A DNA stretch of 36,500 nt from Octopus bimaculoides (taxonomy: Eukaryota). Position 1 is the stretch's first letter. Every line of letters begins with the position of its first letter. The notes under the pieces are model-generated. The model was not told where the DNA came from and made no database searches. It saw nothing but the letters and a program-made list of their open reading frames with translations. The translations under genes were made by a program, and so were the position numbers. Shown in pieces: positions 21,271 through 32,945 of the stretch. Location of the stretch: NCBI RefSeq assembly GCF_001194135.2, contig NC_069009.1, positions 8,333,760 through 8,370,259 of the forward strand. Reading direction: 5' to 3'.

Positions 21271-21759
21271 ATACTAACAGAGAATGGGACAAGGCTGGCC
21301 CCTTTGAATTACAGGTACAACTCATTTCTACCAGCTGACTGGATTGGAGTAATATGAAATAAAGTGTTTCGTTCAAGGACACTGGTACTCTGTCAGTTAT
21401 GACAACAAGGGTTCCAGGCCACATTGCACATGCATGCGCATGTGTTTTCACGAGTGTGCATACATATATGGGTTTGCTCTGCAACACTAGTTATGCATGC
21501 GTTTGGGGTTGTTGCGTAGACAAGTAATGAAGCAATCAAACTTGTAACTTAATCAAAGGTGGAAGAACAGCTCCCACTTCCTGCCCTTTTCAAAGTCTCT
21601 AAAACTGATAAATAAAAGGGAAGGAGGAGGACATCTTCACACTAGAGCCCTTGTGAGTTCCACTGTCACCCTCTCAAAACTCAGGTTGTGGTCATGTTAA
21701 ACTGGACAATAAATTTAGATCTGCCAATTATGCTATGATTTATTTACCTTATAACGTGC

Positions 21760-21945
21760 AGGTGACACGTAAAAGCACCTACTACACTCTGACTGGTTGG
21801 CGTTAGGAAGGGCATCCAGCTGTAGAAACTCTGCCAAATTTAGATTGGAGCCTGGTGTTGCCATCCAGTTTCACCAGTCCTCAGTCAAGTCGTCCAACCC
21901 ATGCTAGCATGGAAAGCGGACGTTAAACGATGATGATGATGATAA
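21760..21945 (+). mobile_element. SINE-like family A copy (3' part)
   Basis: Family A body and (GAT)n tail. Confidence 0.85.
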
Positions 21946-22389
21946 CTATACAATTTGGCAAAAAGAAATTGACAGAGTAGGCATTATCATCATCATCCTC
22001 ATTTAACATCTTCTATGCTGGCATGGGTTGGACAGTTTGACAGGACCCAGCCAGGTAGAAGATTACATCAGGCTACTGTATCTGTTTTAGCAGACTAAAC
22101 AATAAGTGAAAGTAATTGGGAAGTATTTAATTGGTTAAATTCTTCAACAGTGCTCCAGCATTGTCTCAGTTAGCTGGCTAAAACAAAGAGTAAAAGAGCA
22201 AAGACTGCTATTCTCTAAGATGGAACGAGATGATTGGATGCAGCTGTTTGGAAGGTGGAAATGTGGCACAACTGATTGACCATGGAACCTGCTTTGGCAA
22301 CAGTACTTTTTGGCAACAGTACTTTTTGGCACTGGAGGCAAACACACAAACACACATAAGTGTATGGTACATGCAGCAATATAGACAAG

Positions 22390-22870
22390 GCACAGGTATA
22401 GCTGAGTGGTAAGAAGCTTGCTTCCCAGCTGCATGTGTCAGGTTCAGTCCCATTGCATAGCATCTTGGGCACGTGCCTTCTGCTCTAGCCTCAGGCTGAC
22501 CAAAAGCTTTGTGAGTGGAATTGGTAGATGGAAAACAAAAGAAGCCTGTCATATATATATATATATATAGGCACCTTGGGCAAGTGTCTGCTAATATAGC
22601 CTCAAGCTGACCAAAGCCTTGTGAGTGGATTTGAGAGATGGAAACTGAAAGAAGCCTGTAGTGTGTGCGCGCGCTGTCAGTGTTTGTCTCTGATCGCCAC
22701 TTGACGACTTGTGTATGTTCCTGTAACTTAGCAGTCCAGCAAAAGAAGCTCATAAAATAAGTACCAGGCTTTAAAAAAAAAAGGTATTGGGGTTGATTCA
22801 TTCAACTAAAAACTCTTGAAGATGAAGCCCCAGCATGGCCACAGTTCAACGGCTGAAACAAGTAAAAAGC
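22390..22870 (+). mobile_element. tRNA-derived SINE family B copy with internal duplication
   Basis: The segment cacc/tcttgggca.gtg.c...gaagcctgt occurs twice (about 22460-22550 and 22570-22660). Confidence 0.8.
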
Positions 22871-22887
22871 TAAAAAGATATACTGAG

Positions 22888-22987
22888 TGAGAGAGAAAGA
22901 GGGAGAGGGAGAGAGAGAGAGAAAGAGGGAGAGAGAGAGAAAGAGGGAGAGAGAGAGAGAAAGAGGGAGAGAGAGAGAGAAAGAGAG
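22888..22987 (+). repeat. (GA)n-rich purine tract
   Basis: Directly visible. Confidence 0.9.
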
Positions 22988-23111
22988 CAAATGAAACACT
23001 AAAACACCTGAGGTCAAATAAGTTGAATCAACAATGCCAAACGGGCAGTGTCAAAACATCTCATTCCCCCACCAAGATACACTTGTCCTCTCCCCTTGCT
23101 CTGTAACTCAC

Positions 23112-23274
23112 CTCTTGCAAAATGTCTGAGTAATTCTTGATGACAGTGTTGGTTGTCTTGGTGCACTTAGATGTAGAATCTTTCAAACTGTCCAGTAGCA
23201 GCTGCCTCGCTTTCAAGAATTCTTCCTTCTTCTGTATGGCTTTCTGCAGCGCTTCTCTAACACTCTTATTCTGT
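23112..23274 (-). CDS. NUF2: NUF2 penultimate exon: (Q)QNKSVREALQKAIQKKEEFLKARQLLLDSLKDSTSKCTKTTNTVIKNYSDILQE
   Basis: Acceptor gtcaccag, donor GAG|gtgagt, 163 nt, phase 2/0; coiled-coil composition. Confidence 0.85.
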
Positions 23275-23431
23275 CTGGTGACCATGACAACAATGACAAT
23301 GGTGATGATAATAGAAAGAGCAGGAAAGGGGATGTGTCCATGTGGGTGGTCATTGGAAATAAAAGCAGGAAACATATAGGATTTAAAATACAAAACAAAA
23401 ATAAAGTATTTTTTTTTGTTATTAACAATTA

Positions 23432-23477
<46 letters not shown>

Positions 23478-23640
23478 CAAGGTGACAAGTTATTCTGCCT
23501 TAGTTGACTTTGCCTTTCATCCTTTTGGGGTCGATGAAATAAATACCAGTTACGCACTGGCATTGATGTAATCGACTTAATCCTTTCCCCCAAACTTGAG
23601 GCCTTGTGCTTCCAGTAGAAAGGACTATAATGGGACTAGA
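23478..23640 (+). mobile_element. SINE family C copy (head partly deleted)
   Basis: gactttgcctttcatccttttggggtcgatgaaataaataccagtt. Confidence 0.7.
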
Positions 23641-23690
23641 AGGTTCCTGATACCTGTGGAGTATCTCCTTCTCCCATTACAATTATTTTT

Positions 23691-24115
23691 TGTAGTCTTA
23701 GGATTCTGGAACTTGAAGAAGAAGAAGAAGAAGCTTACAAGCGGATTCAGTTCAATGGTTGTTTATTTGCTTCTCATTTCACGGGGTTTGCTCCTGGCAA
23801 CCATCTGTATGTCAGCACATAGTTCGGTAGCTCCGTTCACGAGAGGTACATTACCTCTGGAGATAAGGGGTAAAGTTAGAGCGGGTTAAGAATCAACCGT
23901 GTGCTGCTAGGTTGTAGTGTTGTTCAACATGAACACCAACATGAGAGAAGAGAATGGGTTGCTCAATACACCACCTTAAATAGATGTTGCCCACGAGAGC
24001 CTCGCTGTGGTCTCACGCATGGTTGTAGGTGAGATCTCGCTCTTGTCTTGGACCTGGCAATGGCTGCCGGCAAGATCTCGTACAAAATGGCGCTGGCTTC
24101 TTGTGTCACGCTACA
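23691..24115 (-). mobile_element. Solo LTR (Gypsy-like)
   Basis: Termini TGTAG...CTACA. On the minus strand, a TATA-like TATTTAA (about 23976-23982) precedes AATAAA (23762-23767). CpG-rich; no exact TSD. Confidence 0.6.
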
Positions 24116-24289
24116 GAATTATTAAGGTGGCAAGTTGGCAGAATCATTAGGCCTTGTGCCTATAGGGGAAAGGATCATTATTATTATTATTATTATTATT
24201 ATAAAGGTAGTGACCTGGCAGAATTGTTAGCATGCTGATGTAGTTTTCACTTTATTTAATGACAATTTTGATACTTATAATTTTCAGCA

Positions 24290-24565
24290 CCATGTAAAAA
24301 GCATCCATGCTGGTACCACATATTAAAAGTACCCATGCTGGTACCATGTAAAGGGCACCACATAAAAAAGCTGCTGTGCCAATGCTGTGTCAACAAGCAT
24401 CCAGTCCACTCTGTAAAGTGGGTGGCATTAGGAAGGCTATCCGGCAGTAGAAACAATGTTAAAACAGACTATGGAACCAGGTGCAGTTCTTTAGCTGGCC
24501 ACCTCCTGTCAAACCATCCAATCCATACCAGCATGGACAATGGACATTAAATGATGATGATGACA
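24290..24565 (+). mobile_element. RTE-type 3' tail fragment
   Basis: ctctgtaaagtgggtggcattaggaagg...ggacattaaatgatgatg. Confidence 0.7.
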
Positions 24566-24784
24566 CTTCTAAAGTGTTACACTACAATCTTAATGATGAA
24601 ACTGCTTTTGATCTTTTTACTAATATTTTTTTTACTAACTGCAAAGGTTTCTAAACAAAAAAAAACAAGTTTTTCATTCAAACTTTCATTTCATATTTCA
24701 AAAAGAAAATCAGGCTAAGTTTATCAGCTGATGATCAGAAACAAGCAACTTGGACGACTGGAAATCAGAGCCTTTCAGTTATAA

Positions 24785-25243
24785 TCACCATCACTTAACA
24801 TCCGTTTTTCCATGCTGGCGTGGGCTGGATGGCTCAACAGGAGCTGAGCAGCTGAAGAACTGTTTAGGCGTGGTCTCTACAGCTGGATGCCCTTCCTAAC
24901 ACCAACCACTTTACAGAGTGCACTGGGTGCTTTTATGCAGCACCAGCATGGGTGCATTTTATTTGGTACCAGTACCTACGAGCCTACAAGACCAGGGATG
25001 TTCAGCCAGAGAGGGTTGCAGGGGACAAGCCTGTATGCAAGGATAATTATGCGTTTACTTAGCTTGACGTGTCTTTTCAAGCACTACAAACTGCCAGGAG
25101 TCTAGCTCCCCTGTCATCCCCTCTGTGAGTCCCAACACCTGCAGATCCTTTCTCACCACTTTGTGCCACGTCTACCTGGGTCTACTCCTTCCACATGTTC
25201 CCTCAACAATCAGAGATCAGCACCTCTTCATGCAACTGTCTCT
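24785..25243 (-). mobile_element. RTE LINE 3' fragment
   Basis: Reverse complement aligns with about 12000-12375 (gtggtgagaaaggatct...gtcaagctaagtaaa plus tail). Confidence 0.8.
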
Positions 25244-25640
25244 TTTACTTGTTTCAGTCATTTGACTGCGGCCATGCTGGAGCACCGCCTTTAGTCGAGT
25301 AAATCGACCCCAGGACTTATTCTTTGGAGGCCTAGTACTTATTCTATCGATCTCTTTTGCCGAACCGCTAAGTTACGGGGACGTAAACACACCAGCATCG
25401 GTTGTCAAGCGATGTTGGGGGGACAAACACACATACATATACATATATACGACGGGCTTCTCTCAGTTTCCGTCTACCAAATCCACTCACAAGGCTTTGG
25501 TCGGCCCGAGGCTATAGTAGAAGACACTTGCCCAAGGTGCCACGCAGTGGGATTGAACCCGGAACCATGTGGTTCGTAAGCAAGCTACTTACCCTATAGC
25601 TACTCCTACGCCTACTTACCACACAGCCACTCCTACACCT
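25243..25640 (-). mobile_element. tRNA-derived SINE family B copy (near consensus, CpGs retained)
   Basis: Full head to tail; short duplication at the head; inserted at the end of an RTE fragment. Confidence 0.88.
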
Positions 25641-25644
25641 ATTG

Positions 25645-25760
25645 TTAACTATTTAGAATGATATTGTAGCGTTGGTGTGAGAAACCAGTTCTGGCCAGTT
25701 TTAACATAAAACAAGAACGTTTTGGTCGGATATGGCTGGTTTAAATGCAATAGCGTTAAC
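25645..25760. mobile_element. piggyBac-type MITE, truncated third copy (inverted)
   Basis: Reverse complement matches the left half of the other two copies. Confidence 0.6.
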
Positions 25761-26257
25761 TAAAACACAGTCAACAACATGGACTGGTTTGTGCAATTAG
25801 ACAGTCAGGTCAGAAGAAATGAAGCAGTATCAGTGACATATTTATATTTATATTATCAGAGACATATTTTAACTAACCTAAAGTTTGCACATATAAATAT
25901 AGAGGGTGAGTCAAAAGTAGCACCCAGTTTATAGGTATCATGCCTGTGTTATTACTGACAGTTTTGAAAGTTACTAAATCTGGATCACGTACCATGTTGT
26001 TAATACTCTTTGATATCCCAAACACATAAAACAAGAATTAGGAGTGAAAAGTTTCCCAATTGGGAGGTCATACATATCAACCCTAAAACAGGAATTCGGT
26101 GCTACTTTGACTTGACCAAAACTGCAACTGGACTGACAATACAAAGCTCCAAATTACCCATCCTTGTTTTTTCCTGTCCTTTTTTTGTATCGTCTGACGG
26201 TCCGGATGTTTTGTTGTTGCCTCTTACATTCTTGTTCCATTTTTTGTTTTGTTTATC

Positions 26258-26553
26258 ATCATCATCATCGTTTAACGTCCGCTTTCCATGCTAGCATGGG
26301 TTGGACGATTTGACTGAGGACTGGTGAAACCGGATGGCAACACCAGGCTCCAATCTAAATTTGGCAGAGTTTCTACAGCTGGATGCCCTTCCTAACGCCA
26401 ACCACTCAGAGAGTGTAGTAGGTGCTTTTACGTGTCACCCGCACGAAGGCCAGTTAGGCGATACTGGCAACGGCTACGCTCGAAATGGTGTCTTTTATGT
26501 GCCACCCGCACAAGAGCCAGTCCAGGGGCACTGGCAACGATCTCACTTGGCAT
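26258..26553 (-). mobile_element. SINE-like family A copy (runs into gap)
   Basis: Reverse complement of family A. Confidence 0.85.
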
Positions 26554-26764
26554 NNNNNNNNNNNNNNNNNNNNNNNNNNNNNNNNNNNNNNNNNNNNNNN
26601 NNNNNNNNNNNNNNNNNNNNNNNNNNNNNNNNNNNNNNNNNNNNNNNNNNNNNNNNNNNNNNNNNNNNNNNNNNNNNNNNNNNNNNNNNNNNNNNNNNNN
26701 NNNNNNNNNNNNNNNNNNNNNNNNNNNNNNNNNNNNNNNNNNNNNNNNNNNNNNNNNNNNNNNN

Positions 26765-27050
26765 NATTTCTTACGCCTAGTACTTATTCTATCAGTCTCT
26801 TTTGCAGAACTGCTAGATTACAGGGATGTAAACACACCAACACCAGTTGTCAATTGGTGACAAAAGGGACAAACAGAGACACAAAGACACACACACACAC
26901 ATACATATATATATATTTATACATATATTCTGAAAGAATGAAAGACAAAATTGACCTTAGCAGAATTTGGACTTGCCCAACGTTCCATGAAGTGGAACTG
27001 AACCTGGGACCATGTGGTTGGGAAGCAAGCTTCTTATCACACAGTCATGC
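26765..27050 (-). mobile_element. tRNA-derived SINE family B copy
   Basis: Diverged family B sequence next to a gap. Confidence 0.75.
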
Positions 27051-27052
27051 CA

Positions 27053-27088
<36 letters not shown>

Positions 27089-27204
27089 GTATGCATCTAT
27101 ATATACAAGATGTAGGTATGTACATATATGTATGTAAACATGCATATGCTTATATATCATTCGTATTATTATTTTTATATATATACACTCACACACACAC
27201 ACAT

Positions 27205-27360
27205 ACATGGTGGGCTTCCACACAGTTTCCGTCCACCAAAGTTACTCACCAGGCATTGGTTGGCCTAGAGCTAAAGTAGAAGGCATATGTGCAAAGTGCT
27301 GTGGAGTGGGACTGAACCTGAAATCGCATGGCTACAAAGCAAGCTTCTTAACCACAGTCA
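27205..27360 (-). mobile_element. SINE family B head half
   Basis: gggactgaacc...gcaagcttcttaaccacag, the reverse of the family B head. Confidence 0.7.
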
Positions 27361-27607
27361 TGACTTATGCTTTTTTTTTTTCTTTTTACCCCATTTTTAA
27401 AAATTAGTTCCCAAAAAGATGAAAGGCAATTTTGACTTTGATAGGATTTGAACTCTGGTGCAGATAGTCACAACAAACACATGGTGTCATCCAATTAAAA
27501 GCTCTCTAATGAGTCCTAGTCAATTTGGCTCCGAACAACAACAAAAACAACTGCAGCAGCAACGACAATGATGAAGACGGCGGTGGTGGTGGCAGAGAAA
27601 GAGGCAG

Positions 27608-28230
27608 AAGGAGAGTTGGAAGAAGAAGAAGAAGAAGAATTGGAAGAAGAAGAAGAAGAAGAAAAAGAGTTGGAAGAAGAATTGGAAGAAGAAGAAGAAG
27701 AAGAAGAAGAAGAATTGGAAGAAGAAGAAGAAGAAGAAGAATTGGAAGAAGAAGAAGAATTGGAAGAAGAAGAAGAAGAAGAGTTGGAAGAAGAATNNNN
27801 NNNNNNNNNNNNNNNNNNNNNNNNNNNNNNNNNNNNNNNNNNNNNNNNNNNNNNNNNNNNNNNNNNNNNNNNNNNNNNNNNNNNNNNNNNNNNNNNNNNN
27901 NNNNNNNNNNNNNNNNNNNNNNNNNNNNNNNNNNNNNNNNNNNNNNNNNNNNNNNNNNNNNNNNNNNNNNNNNNNNNNNNNNNNNNNNNNNNNNNNNNNG
28001 AAGAAGAATTGGAAGAAGAAGAAGAAGAATTGGAAGAAGAAGAAGGAGAAGAATTGGAAGAAGAAGAATTGGAAGAAGAAGAAGAATTGGAAGAAGAAGA
28101 AGAATTGGAAGAAGAAGAAGAATTGGAAGAAGAAGAAGAAGAAGAATTGGAAGAAGAAGGAGAAGAATTGGAAGAAGAAGAAGAAGAAGAAGAAGAAAAA
28201 GAAAAAGAATTGGAAGAAAGAAAGAAAGTA
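27608..28230 (+). repeat. Compound (GAA)n array punctuated by GAATTG/GAGTTG
   Basis: Directly visible, spans a gap; intronic in NUF2. Confidence 0.95.
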
Positions 28231-28258
28231 AAAAGAAAGAATAAAACTAAATACTCAC

Positions 28259-28450
28259 TGATCTTGTGCAGAAGAATGAGCATCTAAGTCACGTAAACGA
28301 ATTCTCTTCTGAGTCTGGAAATTTTCAAGTCTCTCCTGGATGAGTGCTTGGGCATCAACCAATTCGCTCTGTTGTAACTGGAATGACTTCAACTTCATGG
28401 AATTCACAACGCTCAGCTTCATAGATGCTTTAATCTCATTCTTGATTTCC
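28259..28450 (-). CDS. NUF2: NUF2 exon: (E)EIKNEIKASMKLSVVNSMKLKSFQLQQSELVDAQALIQERLENFQTQKRIRLRDLDAHSSAQD
   Basis: Acceptor gaacag, donor CA|gtgagt, 192 nt, phase 2/2; matches flanking exons. Confidence 0.85.
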
Positions 28451-28576
28451 CTGTTCATGGCAGGTGAATAATTATGATGGTAATAAAAATTAGATGGCAA
28501 CAACAATTAGGAGAACAAGTCCAACAAATACACACACACAGATGGCTTTCAGTGAGTTTCTATTTATTCTTCTTTA

Positions 28577-28932
28577 ACAAGAATAAATATGGGCAGGCAT
28601 GGTGAAGTGGTGGTGGAATGTTACCGTAGACAGGGCCATTAGAGCAAAGAAACAGGCCCTGAAAACCTGGAAGAGTTGGGGTGTTTTCAAGGGAGATAAT
28701 CAAAGACTGTAACATTGTAATACTTCATGTAAAGTAAATATAACAAATGAAAAATCCTTCAAGAATCCATAAAAATTCCTGGATCACTACCAAAATTTCA
28801 TCATATGTTCCTTGTGTCATTACCAACTTTTCCTGCAAGTTTCATCAAATATTGTTCACAACTTTTTGAGTTATTTTGCACACAGACGGACAAACCAACG
28901 TCGATAAAAACCTCCTTCTTTGGCGGAGGTAA
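28577..28932 (+). mobile_element. Non-autonomous Helitron/Helentron-like element
   Basis: 3' hairpin aacctccttcttggcggaggta after cagacggacaaacc, a typical end structure; 5' boundary uncertain. Confidence 0.5.
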
Positions 28933-29082
28933 CTACTATATCATACATTAGATAATGTAGTCCTAGATAGATCTGAATAAAAGATGGAATGGAGTTGGAA
29001 CATCTCTGATCATAGGTCTGCTGGATCAGGACTAACCCTGGGCTAAACTACAACATAACTATAGCAAAAAACTCTGACTCAC

Positions 29083-29345
29083 TCATGTTTTTGCATATCC
29101 TCTTCCATGGTTTGCAGGAGATGTAAGGTCTGCTCTTGCATGTGCTCAGAGTTCTTCATGTTGCTCACCTTGTTGCTGTAATCTGACAAATTACTCTCTT
29201 TCCTCTGGATCTCTTCCTTCATCTTCTTCACCTTCTCCTTCATTGATTTCATCTTTTCCTTCGTCTTCTCAGGAGACTGAACAATGTTCTGTTGCAACTT
29301 CTCTTTCTGCTGCTTCAATTTCACAATTTCACAATTTGTCTGAGC
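29083..29345 (-). CDS. NUF2: NUF2 exon with the IVQSPEK motif
   Basis: Acceptor tatgcag, donor GA|gtgagt, 263 nt, phase 0/2. KLQQNIVQSPEKTKEKM matches the conserved Nuf2 IV.SPE(K/R) coiled-coil motif (human KIVDSPEKL). Confidence 0.92.
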
Positions 29346-29355
29346 CTGCATAGTT

Positions 29356-29395
<40 letters not shown>

Positions 29396-29397
<2 letters not shown>

Positions 29398-29860
29398 CAT
29401 CATCATCGTTTAGCATCCACTTTCCATGCTGGCATGGGTTGGATGGTTTGACTGAGGACTGGAGAGCCAGATGGCTGCACCAGGCTCCAATTTGATCTGG
29501 CTGAGTTTCTACAGCTGGATGCCCTTCCTAACGCCAACCACTCTGAGGGTGTTGTGGGTGCTTTTACGTACCAGTCAGGTGGTACTGGCAACGGCCATGC
29601 TCAAATGGTGTTTTTTTACATGCCACCTGCACAGAAACCAGTCCAGCGGCACTGGCAACGACCTTGCTCAAATGTTGTTTTTCACATGCCAGTAAGGCAA
29701 CGCTGGTAACAATCACGCTCGAAAGGTGCTTTTTACGTGCCACCATCATGGCAGCCAGTTAGCGGCCCTGGCAACGATCACACTCGGATGGTGCTCTTAA
29801 CGTTTCACTAGCACGGATGCCAGTCAAGCAGTGCTGTCATCAGCCACGTCAGCATGATGA
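29396..29860 (-). mobile_element. SINE-like family A copy with expanded internal tandem units
   Basis: Family A tail plus 4-5 diverged units of about 50-65 bp (ccagt...ctggcaacg...gctc..atggtg..tt..a.gtgccac). Confidence 0.8.
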
Positions 29861-29889
29861 TGATGATGATAATAATAATGATCGTTTCT

Positions 29890-30100
29890 ACTAAAAGCAC
29901 AAGGCCTGAAATTTGTGGGGATGGGGAAAGTTGATCACATCAACCCCAGTACTTGACTGGTACTTAATTTATTGATCCCGAAAGGATGAAAGGTAAATGT
30001 GACCTCAGTGGAATTTGAACTCAGAACATAAAGACAGACGAAATACTACTAAACATATTGCTCAGGATGCTAACGATTCTGCCAGCGGGCCACCACCATA
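29890..30100 (-). mobile_element. SINE family C copy
   Basis: Aligns with 17290-17510 over its length. Confidence 0.75.
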
Positions 30101-30231
30101 ATAATGATGATGATGATGATGATAACAACAACAACAATCCTAGATACACTATGTCTGAATAACAGATGGGATGGTCGCAGTTGGAACACCTTAGATTATA
30201 GGCCTGCCAGAGTTAAACAACATCCTCTTAC

Positions 30232-30351
30232 CTTCACGGCTCTAATTTCCGCAGTCTTGGCCCTTCGTTCTGCTATGACCTGCAATATTTCCTGGCTCTC
30301 TCCCTGGATTGCACTTATTTTCTCTCTCATTTCCTCTGAATCCTTCATCAA
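30232..30351 (-). CDS. NUF2: NUF2 coiled-coil exon: LMKDSEEMREKISAIQGESQEILQVIAERRAKTAEIRAVK
   Basis: Acceptor ttgttctctttgggcatcag, donor AAG|gtaaga, 120 nt, phase 0/0. Confidence 0.87.
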
Positions 30352-30377
30352 CTGATGCCCAAAGAGAACAATTACCA

Positions 30378-30393
30378 TTATAATAATAATAGC

Positions 30394-30437
<44 letters not shown>

Positions 30438-30511
30438 TAATAATAATAATAATAGTAATAATAATAGTAATAATAATAATAATAGCAATAATAATAGTAA
30501 TAATAATAATA

Positions 30512-30542
<31 letters not shown>

Positions 30543-30565
30543 TAGTAATAATAATAATAATAATA
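30378..30565 (+). repeat. (AAT)n microsatellite
   Basis: Directly visible. Confidence 0.95.
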
Positions 30566-30619
30566 AGAAGAAGAAGAAAAAGAGGCTCAGTTGTTTGTTA
30601 CAGATTAACTACTAAGATA

Positions 30620-31290
30620 CAAGTTAAAGCATCTAACTTGTTTCTCATTCACCACCATTAATATCATTCTCCATATCCACATGTTACACTGCCCCCACCA
30701 CCACCACCTCCCATGCCCAGACCACCAAATTATTTCTCCTCATGTATTACACCTGTTATTTATCTCCTTAATCCACTCCCACACCCTACCTAAACACATC
30801 GTCTCTCTTCTCCTCACTGTCAACTGTATCATCACTACCCTAAGCCTCCCCAAACACATCATCTCTCTTCTCCCCACTGCCAACAGTATTATTACTATCA
30901 TACTGTTAGTGTCCCTATGGCTCTCCCAGGTCATGCATTCTTTGCCCTTCAACCCTTTTCCAGGCTTTACAGAGGTGACTGCCCTTCTTTTATACAATCT
31001 CTTCTTTTATACAGTCTTGCCACCCATTCTTCACCTGGCAAAGACTGATTTACAAGCATCTATCTATCTTGTTGTCTGGTGAGGATGTAATTCATCTTGT
31101 TTATGGGCCTTCCACATTGATAGGTGATCAGGTGGCTAGTTGGTTTCCAGGTCATTAAATCATTTGAAGCACGGAACTCCAGTATTCTTGTTTCTACCTC
31201 ATTTCTACAGCCAAATCTGTAACTTCCATGCATACCATGAAATCCACGGCAATGTTGCCCAATGTGTCCATTGAAGTTATCAAGCCACAA
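30620..31290 (-). mobile_element. RTE LINE fragment (AP-endonuclease C-terminal region)
   Basis: FNGHIG...GMHGSYRFGCRNEVETRILEF...HLITYQCG...NYILTR is typical of the APE domain end. Confidence 0.75.
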
Positions 31291-31538
31291 TAATCAAGTC
31301 TCAGTCATTGCGGAGGTATCTCAGCAAAAAGATTTAATAAAATTGGTCCTTCTTATCATCGGCCAGCCCAGACGATAGAGCATACACAGAGGTAGATGTA
31401 ACTTGATTTATCTAAGATTAATCTCTGCTTAACTACCTTTGTCTGCCTCATCAAAATGGTGATAACGATAGACAGACACGCAGATATTTATGGATAGATA
31501 AACATATATATTGGTATACAGAGACAATCAGACAGACA

Positions 31539-32359
31539 TGAGGTGGCATCAAAAACCTCCCTGACTAGTTCTGTAGCGTGTCCACAGATGACAGCACGCG
31601 ATTGCATACACAGTGAGAGCTAGCAGTGACTTTCATTTGTGTTTTTGTTATCACATGTATGCTGTAATGATTTTGTTATGGACAGGAAGAGCCAATGTGA
31701 CATTTTGTGTTAAACTTGGGAAGTCTGCTACAGAGGCATTGAATCTGTTTCAACAAGCTTATGGTGACAAGGCAATGTTTGAAGTGGCACGGGCAATTCA
31801 AAAGTGGAAGAATGTCTCTGGAAGACAATGAGCGATCTGGAAGACGTGCTACAAACGTCACTCCTGGAAATGTGGTATTGTGCATTGAGAATTTGTTCTT
31901 TAGGGCCAGACCATCAATCAAGAGTTCTACTGCAATGTTTTGAAGTGTTTAAGGGAAGACATTCAATGAAAACAACCAGATCTGTGCAGCACAAAGAACT
32001 GGATTCCTCACTACGACAATGCACCATCAACGTGAGTTTCTCACCAAAAACAACATGGCATCGTTTCCACCCTATTCACCAGTTTTAGCACCTGCAGACT
32101 TCCATCTCTTCCCCACGATGAAAATGCAACTCAAGTTTCACCGTTTAAACACTGTTGTCCAGATCATGAGTGAATCGCAGAAGATCCTCAACTCACTTAC
32201 AGGAAACTACTTTCAGACTGATTCCAAGTGGCAGAAATGCCGAGACTGGAATATTGTGGCACAAAGTGACTATTTTGAAGGAGAAGATGTTAAAACTTAG
32301 ATAAATAAGTTATTTTTTTTTAAACGTAACTAGTCTGGGAACCTTCTGATACCACCTCA
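31539..32359 (+). mobile_element. Mariner element, internally deleted
   Basis: TIRs tgaggtggcatcaaaaacctccctgactagtt / aactagtctgggaaccttctgataccacctca. Transposase remnants: FCVKLGKSATE..., W...FKSGRMSLEDNERSGR and PPYSPVLAPADFHLF (YSPDLAP.D motif), ...DYFEG. Confidence 0.9.
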
Positions 32360-32403
32360 CACACACACACACACACACACAGAAATAAAAGAAGACAACT
32401 AAC

Positions 32404-32514
32404 AGATTCCCTTTCTGGTTCATTCTTTGCTTGTATCTGAAGGGCAATTTCCAATTTTTTCTTACTTTCTTCATTATTCTTGAGCAATTCACTGTGTTGC
32501 ATCTTCCTGGTTTC
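32404..32514 (-). CDS. NUF2: NUF2 coiled-coil exon: ETRKMQHSELLKNNEESKKKLEIALQIQAKNEPERES
   Basis: Acceptor tctttctctccaaaag, donor TCT|gttagt, 111 nt, phase 0/0; fits both neighbours. Confidence 0.85.
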
Positions 32515-32681
32515 CTTTTGGAGAGAAAGAGAAAGAGGTAACAATGTAGTAAATGATAATATTGTTTAACCCTAGGTCAATCCAGATGGGTCTAGCAGTG
32601 ACCGTCCTACCTCATTGTGTATCTAAAACTTTTACATGTTTCAATTGTTTGTATGTATGTATGTATGTATGTATGTATATT

Positions 32682-32726
<45 letters not shown>

Positions 32727-32789
32727 TTATGTCATATATATTACTTTTTATAAAATATAATAAAATAGATTATTTATATATGTTTATCT

Positions 32790-32945
32790 ATAGGTGTAGT
32801 ATGGTAAGAAGCTTCCTTTCCAACCACATGGTTCTGGGTTCAGTCCAAATGTGTGGCACCTTGGGCAAGTGTCTTCTACTATAGCCTGGGGCCAGCCTTG
32901 TAAGTGGATTTGGTAGATAAAACTGAAAGAAGCCTGTCACATATA
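32790..32945 (+). mobile_element. SINE family B head half (one arm of an inverted duplication)
   Basis: tggtaagaagcttcc...ggttcagtcc...cttgggcaagtgtc. Confidence 0.8.

Noticed and set aside
24728-24745. CTGATGA-TCA-GAAAC, a hammerhead-like core
   Set aside because: No stem II and no stem I pairing; probably chance.
27516-28287. 239-255 aa poly-E, poly-R and poly-S ORFs
   Set aside because: They are translations of a GAA microsatellite spanning an N gap inside a NUF2 intron.
29560-29835. Repeat-spacer-like periodicity suggesting a CRISPR array
   Set aside because: Eukaryotic context, diverged tandem units without unique spacers, and no cas genes.
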